From: Gemmatales bacterium
Lineage (GTDB): Bacteria; Planctomycetota; Planctomycetia; Gemmatales; HRBIN36
Direction: 5' to 3'
Assembly: GCA_041640595.1 (NCBI GenBank)
Contig: JBEPZY010000004.1
Coordinates: 1-64,000 of the forward strand
DNA: 64,000 bases
This document shows, one piece after another, positions 8,662-19,142 of this stretch. The notes beneath the pieces are model-generated. The model did not search any database and was not told the origin of the DNA. It was given only the letters and a program-made list of their open reading frames with translations. Numbering within the stretch: position 1 is the first letter of the stretch; each line of letters opens with the position of its first letter. A program made the position numbers and the translations under genes.

Positions 8662-11088
8662 TTAGCCGCGATTGCTACGGAAAAGTGCGTCAATTTCCGC
8701 GTCGGTCAGTTGTTCGACGCCATCCTGGGTGTCAATAACCAGGGCTGTGCCGCTCGGGGTAATCCACACCAGATGGCTGCCCAGCTGGAAAAGTTCTTTG
8801 GTTTCCGGTCGGCGTTCGAGGATGCGGAAGTAGGCGGGGCTGAAAGCCTTGACCACCTGCGTTTTCGTCTGTGGAGTGATGCCCTGATCAATCCACACCC
8901 CTCCGACCTCCAGTAATTGCCGACCTAACACCTGCCGTTGCGCAACAGCGGGTAGCTGGCTCTGGTGCTTGAGCTGGTTGAAATACTCGGAGAGGTTGAC
9001 ACCGAGTTGTTGCACCTGCAAGGCCCGATAACCGTTGGGGGACGCCCGGAGTCCCAATCCCGCCTGGGCATTAGCTAGTTGAGTGCCGCGAGCACGCTCA
9101 ATCTGTTCCTGCAGTTGCCGAGCCACCGGCGGAAGCAGTGCACCTTTGGCCGCGGCATCGGCGATTTCCCTTTCCAGCGACCCGTAAAGTTTCATCTGAG
9201 CCTGATCACGGGCCTGGCCCAGACCTCCCGGTTGCTGTTGCAAGGCCTGCACTGCTTCTGCTAAGCGGCGAACCTGTTTCCCATCCTCACCCCGCAACAA
9301 CATCGGCACAGCCGGTTGGGGTTCAGGTTTTCCTGGCAATGGTCGCACTACCGGTGGCAGAGGTGCATCCGGCACCAGGAGATAACTGGTGTACGGCGTG
9401 GCGATACCGTATTGTTTGGCCAGCTGGATGACCTCGTTTTTCAATTCGTCGGTTTCGCCGTTGAGCCGAATTTGCTCCAGCAGATAGCCGACTTTGCGAC
9501 GAGCCCAGAGTTCTTCCACGAATGGTTTACCATCTGCCTGAGCCGGCAACTCCACGGGGAAGACGAATTCCCGTTTTTCGTTGCCGAGCATTCCGGTCAG
9601 GCGAACCGTCGCGGGACCGCTGCCCGAATAGCGAGCGAAAACAACCAGTTGGCCGTTGTGATACAGGTCCGGTAACTGCGGCGGATAAATTTCCTCCAGT
9701 TGCACACCGCCGGTTACTTCCAGACGGAGATTGGCCAGAACCGGTCGGCTGATTTTTTCCTGGAATGCGGTGATTTTTTCCTGGATCTCCTCATCCTTGG
9801 TGATGAAGGTACTGAACGCTCGGGATTGATCGGCCAGTTGATCCAGGAGCGAAGCGTTGAGATCGTGACCGATGCCGATGGGGAATATGCGAGTGTTGGC
9901 GGTGTTTTCGCGGGCGACATTGGCCAGGATGCGCTCGATTCGGGTCTCGCCGACGGTAGGCTGGCCATCGGTGATGAAGACGATGAGGAAGATGCGGCCC
10001 GGTTCCTGCGTCCGCAGAGCCAGTGCAGATAGTAAGGCGTCCTGAATAGCCGTTCCTCCAGTGGCTGCCAGTTTTTGCACCCAGTTTTTGGCGGCGGCGA
10101 TGTTATCACGGTTCGCTGGCTGCATCCCGCCGGGATATTTGTTCACGGTGCTGGCGAAGTGCAGCAACGCAAATCGGTCGGTTTCCGGTAAACTTTCCAG
10201 ACAACGAATCAGGGCTTGCTTAGCCTGTTCGATTTTCTTGCCTGCCATGCTGCCGGAAGTATCCAGCACAAACACCACATCGCGGGGCACGCGCATGTTC
10301 TGGCTTATTTCGTAGCGCGGCGCCAACAGTAGTGCCACATACCCCGGCCGATCCTTCTGGAGACGATGCGCCAGCGCGGTCAATCCGATGGACTCGCCGC
10401 CCAGCGTGTAATACAGCAGGAAGTTGCGGTCGAGCAGGGCCTGGTCTTTCTCGAAACTCACCGTGGCGTCGCGGTCGCTTTTGCGGGTAACCGAAACGGC
10501 ATGCGACGGGCTGTAAATATTCAGCACGGGATGCTGCGATTCAATCTGCACACGGAAACTGAATTTTTCCAGCGTTTGCAAGGCCCGACCGTCGGTTTTC
10601 AGTGGATAAACAAACTCCACCGTATCCTTGTCCCGCGCGCAGACCGAGGTGAAGGCGATGGCGATTTTCTGATCCCCGTTGGGCGGAACCGGGAAAATTC
10701 GGGCCTGGAACAGGTCGCTGCCAAGATATTCCAGCAGTCCCGGATCCTGGCTTTGGCGGACAATGCTCATGTAGATTTCGCGGGCTTTATTCGCTTCCAC
10801 CAGTTCCGCTTTGACCGGGGTATCGCCGACCCACATGGTGAACTCATTTACCGCCGCACCTTTGGGAACCGGAAAAACGTAAGTCGCTTCCAGTGGGCGC
10901 GACGTATGGTTGCGGAAAACCTGAGTTACTCGCGTCCGGGCAATCTGGTCGTTGATGGTGACCTGCACCTCGTGCTGAACCAGCGCCAGGGGCGGAAGGG
11001 TAGGTTCTTTCGGAATGATAAGCCCCCGGGCGTCAGAGACGCTGACCAGAGCCAGCAGACCGAGCCAAACGATGGCGATGCGCTTCAT
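8662..11088 (-). CDS. Secreted VIT and von Willebrand A domain protein
   Basis: Signal peptide MKRIAIVWLGLLALV, VIT segment (TQVFRNHTSRPLEATYVFP), MIDAS motif DTSGSM and ITDG; AGGAGG RBS. Confidence 0.9.
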   Translation of the reverse strand: MKRIAIVWLGLLALVSVSDARGLIIPKEPTLPPLALVQHEVQVTINDQIARTRVTQVFRNHTSRPLEATYVFPVPKGAAVNEFTMWVGDTPVKAELVEANKAREIYMSIVRQSQDPGLLEYLGSDLFQARIFPVPPNGDQKIAIAFTSVCARDKDTVEFVYPLKTDGRALQTLEKFSFRVQIESQHPVLNIYSPSHAVSVTRKSDRDATVSFEKDQALLDRNFLLYYTLGGESIGLTALAHRLQKDRPGYVALLLAPRYEISQNMRVPRDVVFVLDTSGSMAGKKIEQAKQALIRCLESLPETDRFALLHFASTVNKYPGGMQPANRDNIAAAKNWVQKLAATGGTAIQDALLSALALRTQEPGRIFLIVFITDGQPTVGETRIERILANVARENTANTRIFPIGIGHDLNASLLDQLADQSRAFSTFITKDEEIQEKITAFQEKISRPVLANLRLEVTGGVQLEEIYPPQLPDLYHNGQLVVFARYSGSGPATVRLTGMLGNEKREFVFPVELPAQADGKPFVEELWARRKVGYLLEQIRLNGETDELKNEVIQLAKQYGIATPYTSYLLVPDAPLPPVVRPLPGKPEPQPAVPMLLRGEDGKQVRRLAEAVQALQQQPGGLGQARDQAQMKLYGSLEREIADAAAKGALLPPVARQLQEQIERARGTQLANAQAGLGLRASPNGYRALQVQQLGVNLSEYFNQLKHQSQLPAVAQRQVLGRQLLEVGGVWIDQGITPQTKTQVVKAFSPAYFRILERRPETKELFQLGSHLVWITPSGTALVIDTQDGVEQLTDAEIDALFRSNRG

Positions 11089-11251
11089 GACCGGCCTCCT
11101 TTTTACGGTGATCCTGACCGCGAGTGCGGCGCTGCTGGTATCTGCGAAATCGAAGCTTGCAGATTCCCTCGCCTGGTTCCGTAAGATATGACGAACGACC
11201 GGCAGATTCGGATCGGCCTTGGACTGCATCGGGGCGGATTGTAAGCTACAG

Positions 11252-11279
11252 TTGAAAGCGACATGGTGGTGGTTATAAT
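11252..11279 (+). promoter_or_regulatory. Putative sigma70 promoter
   Basis: TTGAAA-N16-TATAAT upstream of the gene at 11423. Confidence 0.5.
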
Positions 11280-11422
11280 ACGCAGCCGATAGCTCCTGCG
11301 CTGCAAGAACGCGGTATCGGGAACGGTAACCGAATCATCAGCGGCCTGAAACCGCTGTTATGCCCAGGGAAAGCTAAACGGACAGGTGCAATCGCGGCTG
11401 AAAACCAGCGGGAGAGCAAATC

Positions 11423-12901
11423 ATGCCCGAGGAAAAAGAAGCGCGACTGGTGATCGAATGGAAGCGGGTATTTCCGTGGTGGCATATCTTTCGGTCGTTT
11501 AGTATCGCGTTGGACTTTCGTAAATTGGGTTTGGCCATTGTGGGTATTGTCGCGGCCTGGTTGGGCTGGGCGCTTCTGGCGCTGGTTCTCGATCCAGGCG
11601 ATCCGGGACCCGAGCCGGCCAGGGTCAAGGATACCGGCGAGGCGAACCCCGAATGGGAAGAATGGCAGCGACGCAACTACCTGCGCACCATCACTCAGGA
11701 ATGGCTGGACTGGCCCGCCAATGTGAAACGTGGCGACCCGGACTTACCGCCTCACCGGGCCGTCGCCACACTCCATCCGCGTTTGACAAAAGTGGATTAC
11801 TGGATGGCCCAGGTGCCAGCGATTCTGGAACCATTGACACGTCTCGTCCGGCCGCTGACTTATTTCCTGGACGAGCGAGCCGGGTGGCGAAGCTACATTT
11901 TTGCAACGCTCGGCGTGCTGTGGACGCTGGTGGTCTGGGGCTTCGTTGGGGGCGCTTTGACACGGATCGCTGCCGTCGAATTTGCCCGCCGCGATCGTAT
12001 CCCCCTGGGGGAGGCGATTCGATTTGCCGCCCGGCAGTTCCCGTCGCTGCTGGCTGCTCCCATCTTTCCGATCGGAGTGGTCGTGGTACTGACGGTGGTA
12101 GTGTGGGTAGTGGCTACGGTGCTGGTAATGATTCCCTGGTTAGGCGATATGATCGGTGCCCTGACTTTTCCGCTGGCACTGCTGGCCGGGTTGCTGATGG
12201 GCGTGCTTCTGCTCGTGTATGCAGGCTGGCCGATCATGTATCCGGCTGTGAGTGCCGAAGCCGGGGACGCGTTTGATGCCATTAGCCGTTCCATGTCCTA
12301 CATGTATCAGCGGCCGTGGCATTACGTCTTTTACTGGGCGGTGACGCTGGTTTACGGCGTGCTGGTATTGTTCTTCGTGGTAACGTTCACGTCGTTTTTC
12401 GTGTACCTGACGGGCTGGGCACTAAACCTGGCCTGGCGACCGTGGTGGCGAAGTGGCGACGTGGATGTCATCCGCGCGCTGTTCATTTACGCACCCGAAT
12501 CGTATGGCTGGCGACAGATGCTGGCCCCTGGTATGGAGTCCCCGGCTGAAGTGGCGGCGAAAATGGCGGTGGTGCCTCGGGTAGCCGCCTGGATACTCGG
12601 TTTCTGGCTGCACCTGGTCTTTCTGGGTATGCTGGGCTTTACCTACAGCCTGTTCTGGTCAGCCAGCACCGTCATTTATTTCCTGCTCCGCAAGAATGTG
12701 GATGAGACAGACCTGGATGAAGTGTATCTGGAAGAAGAACAGGACGACCTGTTTCCGCGACCGGTAACCCCGCCCGAAGTTACATTGACCCAGGTCAGCG
12801 CACCGGACGTAACCACGACAAGGACCGGGGGTAGCGAGTCGGCTCCTTCTGCCGGTACGGAAACGCCGCCCAAACCGGAAGGCGGTTCCGCGGGGCAATG
12901 A
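11423..12901 (+). CDS. Multi-pass membrane protein of unknown function
   Basis: Several hydrophobic helices and an acidic/Pro-rich C-terminus. Confidence 0.8.
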   Translation: MPEEKEARLVIEWKRVFPWWHIFRSFSIALDFRKLGLAIVGIVAAWLGWALLALVLDPGDPGPEPARVKDTGEANPEWEEWQRRNYLRTITQEWLDWPANVKRGDPDLPPHRAVATLHPRLTKVDYWMAQVPAILEPLTRLVRPLTYFLDERAGWRSYIFATLGVLWTLVVWGFVGGALTRIAAVEFARRDRIPLGEAIRFAARQFPSLLAAPIFPIGVVVVLTVVVWVVATVLVMIPWLGDMIGALTFPLALLAGLLMGVLLLVYAGWPIMYPAVSAEAGDAFDAISRSMSYMYQRPWHYVFYWAVTLVYGVLVLFFVVTFTSFFVYLTGWALNLAWRPWWRSGDVDVIRALFIYAPESYGWRQMLAPGMESPAEVAAKMAVVPRVAAWILGFWLHLVFLGMLGFTYSLFWSASTVIYFLLRKNVDETDLDEVYLEEEQDDLFPRPVTPPEVTLTQVSAPDVTTTRTGGSESAPSAGTETPPKPEGGSAGQ

Positions 12902-13133
12902 CGGGCCGACTCCTGGATTCGGTCACCGGACAGTTCACATCCGAAAAGAGCGCCGCCGCTTCAACCAGAAGCTGCGGTCGCGCTGGCGGAGCCATACCGG
13001 AATTGGCCCATCGCGTGTTGCTTACGACGCAGGAGCCTGGCGGCGCGAATGGGTTGCCATTCTTTAGCGGCTTACACAGGTGTCGGGTGCAACGCTACTT
13101 TCTAACCGCCGGCCCGTACCTATCATCTACGCT

Positions 13134-14114
13134 ATGCCACGAACCATCGCCCTTTATAGCGGTAGCTGGCCTGACCGACCCTTAGCAGAGCTGGCCAGCA
13201 AAGCCAGCGATTGGGGCTACCAGGCTCTGGAACTGGAGTGCATCGGCGATCATTGCTCGCCCCACCGGGCTATGGAGGAAGAAGGTTATCTGCCGGAATT
13301 GGTGCGTTTGCTCGAGGCTCAGGAATTGCGAGTTGCGGCGCTGAGCTGCCAGACGGCAGGACAGTTACTTACCGATCCTGCAAGCGCCGAATGCCAGAGC
13401 GATTGGCCGGCACAGTCGGGTCCTGACGCTGACGCAGATGCCTGTCGGCAAGAAGCAGCCAGGCAATTGCTCGCAGCGGCGCAAACAGCCCAGCGATTGG
13501 GTACCAGCGTTCTGGTAACCGCCTGCGGATGCGCCTTGCCGGCCAGCGTATTTTTCTCGACACAGCATGGATTGCCGCGTTATCAAGCGTTTTTGCAGCA
13601 ATTGGCCCAGCACTGGGCAGCAGTGCTCGACGAACTTTCCGGGCTGGACGTTCGCCTGGCTTTTCTGGTGCAGCCTGGCCAGGCGGTTTGGGATGCTTTT
13701 TCAGCGGAGCTGTTTCTGGAAGCGCTGGGCTGGCGTTCGCAGGTCGGATTGGCCCTGGACACCGGGGCCATGTACTGGCATGGCGCGGAACCGGCGGAGT
13801 TCATTCGCCGCTTTGCCGATCGCATTGTTCATGTTCGTGTCAGCGACGTGGCGGTGCGTTTGACGGGAGGCAACAGTGTTTTGTCGCCGCTTCCGAGTGG
13901 TGATCCTCGTCGGGGTTGGGATTGGCGTTCGCCGGGACACGGCCAGATAGACTTCGAGTCCGTGCTGCGAGCCTTACACGACATCGGTTACACCGGAGCC
14001 CTGTCGGTGGCCTGGACCGATCCCCATATGCATCCCGAATTCGGTGCTGCCGACGCCTGCCAGTTCCTTAAGCGTCTCGATTTTCCCACACGCCAGGAGT
14101 TCCCCGAATCATAA
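13134..14114 (+). CDS. Sugar phosphate isomerase/epimerase-like TIM barrel with degenerate metal site
   Basis: WGYQALEL and PGHGQIDFESVLRALHDIGYTG match the family. Confidence 0.85.
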   Translation: MPRTIALYSGSWPDRPLAELASKASDWGYQALELECIGDHCSPHRAMEEEGYLPELVRLLEAQELRVAALSCQTAGQLLTDPASAECQSDWPAQSGPDADADACRQEAARQLLAAAQTAQRLGTSVLVTACGCALPASVFFSTQHGLPRYQAFLQQLAQHWAAVLDELSGLDVRLAFLVQPGQAVWDAFSAELFLEALGWRSQVGLALDTGAMYWHGAEPAEFIRRFADRIVHVRVSDVAVRLTGGNSVLSPLPSGDPRRGWDWRSPGHGQIDFESVLRALHDIGYTGALSVAWTDPHMHPEFGAADACQFLKRLDFPTRQEFPES

Positions 14115-14210
14115 AATAGGCTCTGCCCAAACGCATCCGGCTAGCTTTTCCGCCAGAAGTGGTCGTCGGTCTTTCCCGAACGAAACTCGCCTCCATCAGG
14201 GATACTGACA

Positions 14211-14486
14211 ATGGACTGGGAACTCAACGAACGGCTCAAACAGCAGTGGACCGATAAATTCGTGGTCGTGGACGATTCCCGGCCGGAGTTACGCCGATTC
14301 CAGGGCATAGTCGGTCGGGTTGTCACCGTCAACATGAACAACCGCTGCATTGTGGATTTTCAGGACGGTGCCTGGTACGACATCCATCCCGATTACCTGC
14401 GCATTTGCCCCGACCAGGAAGAAGCCCGTAAAAAATACGACCCAAAGAAAAACAGCGCTCAGCCGATCCCGTCCCGGCAAACCTAA
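14211..14486 (+). CDS. Small hypothetical protein
   Basis: Protein-like 91-aa ORF (TDKFVVVDDSRPELRRF...GAWYDI) filling an intergenic gap. Confidence 0.75.
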   Translation: MDWELNERLKQQWTDKFVVVDDSRPELRRFQGIVGRVVTVNMNNRCIVDFQDGAWYDIHPDYLRICPDQEEARKKYDPKKNSAQPIPSRQT

Positions 14487-14647
14487 TCCACGCGAACAAG
14501 CGAAGCCATCGCGGCTCAGGCGACGCCTTTGTGTCTGCCCTAACGATGACAGTGGCCACGCGGACAGAAGAGTGTGTTTTGCCGGAGTTATCGGCAGAAC
14601 TGCGAGCTTGAATGCAGTCGTGTTCAGCGGTTCGTTTCTGCACGCGC

Positions 14648-15817
14648 TTAGCGTAACGCGATAGGGCGAAGGCAAAATCCCGCGGTCGTTCCGCGTATTT
14701 TGTTGACCGTGCAGATGTAACAAAACTCGTAAACTCGATCACGAGCCAGTTCTTCCAGATAATGAAGCTCGCCGATATGGACACCCTGCTGAATCAGTAA
14801 ATAATGATGCACGGGCAGAAAGCTGGGGGGTTCGTTAGGTCCTGGCGAGTGCTCAAGACCGCTGGTGTCCGAACCAATGAGCATGGCGCCGCGTTCTTCC
14901 ACCAGCCAGCGAGCAGCTGCCAGATCGATGCCGGCCGAATCGTGTTGCCGTATCCGGTCGTGGTCAGCGCCATCCTCGCCCCAATACCGCAGCACGCCCG
15001 TCCGGATAAGCACGGCATCACCCGGTCGCAGCTGGGTTCGCTGGTGCTCGAGGGCTCCTTTCAAATCTTCCACGGTGATGCGATAATGACTGGGCAACGC
15101 ATCTACCTTCCGGAAAGTGGCAACGTCAATGAGAACGCCTCGCGCGATGATGGGCGGAATACTGACGGCATCGCATTTCCGCACGCCAAAGTCGCCGCTC
15201 CAGTCCGACTCACGAAAGCCGTTGTACCAGTGCATGTCCTGGCCTGCGGTGATGTGAGCCAGACCGTCTATTTGCGTGCCCACATTGTCGCTGATGAAAA
15301 GCGCGCAGCTATGCCAGGCCAGCTGATGCGGATTGACCTGCGCATCGCTGACCGCGGGAAAATCCTTCTGTCGCCGCAACCCTTCCGGTGAGCGAAACAG
15401 AATAATCTCGCCGGGATTATGTCCTGGCCAGCGATAGGAACGCCGACTGTAGGTAACGCCCAGATCGTACACCTTGCCCTGCTGCACCAGCCGCAAGGCG
15501 GCCAGCCGAGTTTGATCAGTCATGGCGTTGAGTGCGCCCACTTCGTCCTCTTTACCCCAAACCCATCCCCAGCCCTGACCGCGTTTCCAACCGCGAATGC
15601 TCGGCTCCGCAGTCTGGGATGGTTCCGCAGCCACGCTCACGGCCTCGCCGAGCCGATCACGACTCGCTTGCCAGCGCCCCGCATACCAGGCTGCCAGGAT
15701 CGCCAGGATTGCTACGCCGGCTCGCCAGGGTAGCAATCCACCCAGCGAAATTACTCGCTCGCACTTTGTGGGGAAAAGAACTTGCCGTACGAAGTCACCT
15801 GCTCTTTGCGGACTCAT
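14648..15817 (-). CDS. Cyclase family (kynurenine formamidase-like) metal-dependent hydrolase
   Basis: WGKEDEVGALN, GTQIDGLAH, RGVLID, GDAVLIRTG, IGSD; start uncertain. Confidence 0.88.
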   Translation of the reverse strand: MSPQRAGDFVRQVLFPTKCERVISLGGLLPWRAGVAILAILAAWYAGRWQASRDRLGEAVSVAAEPSQTAEPSIRGWKRGQGWGWVWGKEDEVGALNAMTDQTRLAALRLVQQGKVYDLGVTYSRRSYRWPGHNPGEIILFRSPEGLRRQKDFPAVSDAQVNPHQLAWHSCALFISDNVGTQIDGLAHITAGQDMHWYNGFRESDWSGDFGVRKCDAVSIPPIIARGVLIDVATFRKVDALPSHYRITVEDLKGALEHQRTQLRPGDAVLIRTGVLRYWGEDGADHDRIRQHDSAGIDLAAARWLVEERGAMLIGSDTSGLEHSPGPNEPPSFLPVHHYLLIQQGVHIGELHYLEELARDRVYEFCYICTVNKIRGTTAGFCLRPIALR

Positions 15818-15992
15818 GGCCAGCTCCTGTGCGTCAGCTGTTTGCTCAGGGGACGTTACTGCTCAGGAATTTAGCGATAACGCCTCTCAGAGGCGAGGAA
15901 ACGTTTTGCCGTCTGGCAAGCTGCGAGCAGGAAATTCCCACCCGGCTTACGCGGTGAGCCGCCTGGCTGGTGCACAATCCCGTAGCGCCAAC

Positions 15993-17207
15993 TTAACGTC
16001 GGCCATCCGCCTGCGGTGATTCTTCCCAATCCCACCAGGTCTCGCCGGGCTCGTAGGGGACTTCTTCCTCTTCCTGCGGCGGCCGACGGATGGCCGCTTT
16101 TACCGCCCACAGGCCGACTTCGTACAGCAAAACCATCGGCAGCCAGATAATCAGCAGACTCGCCGGATCCACCGAGGGAGTAACCACCGCTACGAGAATC
16201 AGCATCACAAACCAGGCAATCCGCCGTTTGCTGGCCATCTGTTCCGGCGTAATAATGCCAATCCGCCCCAGGACGTACATGACCAGCGGCAACTGAAAGC
16301 ACAGCCCCGTAATTACCGGCATGAGAATGGCAAAGCTCAGCCATTCGCTCAGCCGGAAATCCGGTTCGATGTTCAGCCACAAGTTGAACTCCAGCAAAGC
16401 CCTCAAGGCTGCCGGAATCACAAAAATTTGGCAAACCACCACGCCAATCAGAAACAATCCCACGCTCGGAAACAGCGAGTTATACACCAGTCGTTTTTCG
16501 TGCGGATACAGACCGGCCGCGATAAAGCTCCATATATGGTAGAAAATCCACGGGCTGGCCAGCACCAGTCCGGTAATGATTGCCACCTTGAACCAGACCA
16601 TGAACACTTCCATCGGGTTCATGGAAATGAGCGTAACTCGTTTGGAGACAATGCCGAGCGGGATGCGGAATTTCTCCAGAAAATCTATGGGCCGAACCGT
16701 GATCGTCGCCGGTATCGTGTCCGCATTGCCGTCGGCCGAATTGGCCTGGGGATCACCGAGATTCACATTATTGGCCGAGACTTCCGCACGACCCCCGGGC
16801 GACGCCTCTTGCTTGAACAGATGCGGATACATCTCTCGCAGGGCACGCTGCAATGCCTCCCGCGACAGGCCTGCTTCGAGCGCCACCGGTTCCACGAATG
16901 GTTTGAGATACGGTGCATTGGGATGCTTTTGCAAGTCCCCTTTTATTTGCTCCAGAATGCGCATTTCCCGGTCCGGATTTTTCTGATAATAGCGCCAGTG
17001 ATACTCCAGCAAGGCATTCTCTACGGGAGCCTGAATAATCCACAACACGTAATGGGCGATGAAGAAACTGATGAATACGGCAATAACGAAACTCCAGATG
17101 GCCCGCCACAGATGCTGTCGCAGGTCCTCGAGATGTTCGCCGAAAGTCATTCGCGTATCGGCAAACATGTCGTCGGGGTCGGGCAAAGGCGATTGCGTTC
17201 GCGCCAT
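15993..17207 (-). CDS. tatC: Twin-arginine translocase subunit TatC
   Basis: MTFGEHLEDLR, WSFIAAGLYPHEKR, FQLP, AVVTP; long loop after TM1. Confidence 0.95.
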   Translation of the reverse strand: MARTQSPLPDPDDMFADTRMTFGEHLEDLRQHLWRAIWSFVIAVFISFFIAHYVLWIIQAPVENALLEYHWRYYQKNPDREMRILEQIKGDLQKHPNAPYLKPFVEPVALEAGLSREALQRALREMYPHLFKQEASPGGRAEVSANNVNLGDPQANSADGNADTIPATITVRPIDFLEKFRIPLGIVSKRVTLISMNPMEVFMVWFKVAIITGLVLASPWIFYHIWSFIAAGLYPHEKRLVYNSLFPSVGLFLIGVVVCQIFVIPAALRALLEFNLWLNIEPDFRLSEWLSFAILMPVITGLCFQLPLVMYVLGRIGIITPEQMASKRRIAWFVMLILVAVVTPSVDPASLLIIWLPMVLLYEVGLWAVKAAIRRPPQEEEEVPYEPGETWWDWEESPQADGRR

Positions 17208-17408
17208 GGTGGTATTCCTGGATGCTGGCGGTGGAGGCGGTATCCATTAGCCAGCCCACCGCGGATAACGCTTCCCTGAATCCTCCTGCCACCGCCTGAG
17301 TGGCTCGTCTAACCCTGACACACAGGCATGGGTCGGGCCGTGTGCCTTTGTCGGTATCTTACGAACCAGGCCCCGGGGCAGCGCAGTGGCGAACGCTAAA
17401 ACGGCAGG

Positions 17409-18410
17409 CTAAATCTGGTAATTCGGTACCAGTTCGTCGTTGGGTCGCCGAATGCGTAATGACGGTTTTTCCAGTTGCACGACGGTGTGGGGCGGGACGC
17501 TGTGGGTGAGCCAGACGTTGGAGCCGATCACCGAGTGATGTCCGATCACCGTGTCTCCGCCGAGAATGGTAGCGTTTGCGTAAATGACCACCTCGTCCTC
17601 GATGGTCGGGTGGCGTTTCATGCCGCGGATGATTTTGCCATCGGCGTCGCGGGGGAAACTCAACGCGCCGAGCGTAACGCCCTGATAAATTTTGACGTTG
17701 TTACCAATGACGCAAGTCTCTCCGATCACCACGCCGGTACCGTGGTCAATAAAGAACGAATGACCGATCTGGGCGCCGGGATGGATATCAATGCCGGTCT
17801 TGGAATGGGCGTATTCGGTCATGATGCGCGGGATCAGGGGAACTCCGAGCAGATGCAACTCATGGGCGATGCGGTAGATGGTGATCGCCTCCAGGCCTGG
17901 GTAGCAGAAGACGATTTCGTGGTAACTCTTCGCCGCCGGATCGCCCTGATAGGCGGCGTGAACGTCTTCTTCCAGGAGATAGCGTAAATCGGGGATTTTG
18001 CGGAGAAATTGAATGGCTTTTTGCTGAGCGATGGCCTCGAAATCGCATAGTGAGTTTTCAGCGGACTGAGGTAAAGCGGGACTGTCCGCCTGGTTGCTGG
18101 CAGAAGACATCTGGGCACTGCGCTGGGATTCGTGCCGCAGGGCGCGTGCGATCTGCTGCGTCAGTTTGTCATGCAGACCGTCCACCAGATCGCCGACATG
18201 GTAGATGACGTTGCCCATGTGGAGGTTTTGTCGGCGGTGGTAGCCTGGATAAAGCAATTCCATGAGGTCGCCAAGAATATCGATGATCGCCTCCCGGCTG
18301 GGCAAGGGGTAATGCCCGAGGTGATTGATTCGCTGGCACATCATGTAACTTTCGACGATCGCTTCCGTGATTTCGGGAAGTGTCTCTTTCAGGCTGGGAT
18401 TACTGGCCAT
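17409..18410 (-). CDS. cysE: Serine O-acetyltransferase (CysE/EpsC type)
   Basis: [50 protein letters not shown]. Confidence 0.95.
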   Translation of the reverse strand: MASNPSLKETLPEITEAIVESYMMCQRINHLGHYPLPSREAIIDILGDLMELLYPGYHRRQNLHMGNVIYHVGDLVDGLHDKLTQQIARALRHESQRSAQMSSASNQADSPALPQSAENSLCDFEAIAQQKAIQFLRKIPDLRYLLEEDVHAAYQGDPAAKSYHEIVFCYPGLEAITIYRIAHELHLLGVPLIPRIMTEYAHSKTGIDIHPGAQIGHSFFIDHGTGVVIGETCVIGNNVKIYQGVTLGALSFPRDADGKIIRGMKRHPTIEDEVVIYANATILGGDTVIGHHSVIGSNVWLTHSVPPHTVVQLEKPSLRIRRPNDELVPNYQI

Positions 18411-18509
18411 ACCTGACTCCTTTTCTGAGCATGATGGTAAGCGGGCACAGGGGTTGGTGTCATAAAAATTGGCGAATCAAACCTGGCGAGACAGACCGCA
18501 GGCAGAGTA

Positions 18510-18575
18510 TCAGCACCCGGCGACCGCCGGACACTTACAACCGCAGCTACAACAGCGTCGGTAGAAATATCGCAT
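18510..18575 (-). CDS. Putative cysteine-rich leader peptide MRYFYRRCCSCGCKCPAVAGC
   Basis: Hand-translated from ATG 18575 to TGA 18510. 6 of 21 residues are Cys; it ends 99 nt upstream of cysE. Confidence 0.7.
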   Translation of the reverse strand: MRYFYRRCCSCGCKCPAVAGC

Positions 18576-18612
18576 AAGCCGCGACCTTTACCCGGTCAAA
18601 GCTTCTACCAGG

Positions 18613-18640
18613 ATTATATCCCCAGCGGTTCTGCTGACAA
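18613..18640 (-). promoter_or_regulatory. Putative sigma70 promoter of the leader-cysE transcript
   Basis: TTGTCA-N16-TATAAT on the minus strand. Confidence 0.65.
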
Positions 18641-18746
18641 CTGCCCCTATAGATTGTCCGAGCCGAAGCCTAGGGCGGGCCAAGGACCCTGAAGCTGAGC
18701 CGAGCATGCTGACAATCGGCGTTATGGATTGTCCGAGGCGAAGCCT
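18633..18746. repeat. Two ~39-bp direct repeats (75-bp period), each with a GACAA-N13-TTGTC dyad
   Basis: gctgacaa...gattgtccgagccgaagcct at 18633 and gctgacaa...gattgtccgaggcgaagcct at 18708. Confidence 0.75.
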
Positions 18747-19142
18747 GAGATTGTATGCCGTCCTGGCCGGCAGCTTGCTGATCGCGGTTCTGCCGACGAG
18801 CCGGATTTCCACAGGACGTGCTGTTGCTGGCCCGCTAGCGTTCAGGAAGACCAGTGCGTGGCTTGGTGCGGATATCGGCCAGGTCTTGCGTAGGACTAAT
18901 CGGCAAATGGTTCGGCGACACTCAATGCCGGTGCTGCGAAAATTGACAGCTGCCGCGGGATGATTATGGCAACATGAATGCGGTTTGCTGCGTTTGCCAG
19001 GCCAGTTTTACGGCATGGCCAGCCGCCAGGACCAGAAGTGCTTTGTGCCCGACCGACAATTATCCGAAGCAAAACTTCGACATAGTTCGCGGTCTGGTTT
19101 GCCAAGAGGTGATGGGCAAAACGCCTGCCATTCGGGACACAG

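Noticed and set aside
15993..17207. Large insertion in TatC as a novelty
   Set aside because: The loop after TM1 varies in length among TatC proteins and the core motifs are intact.
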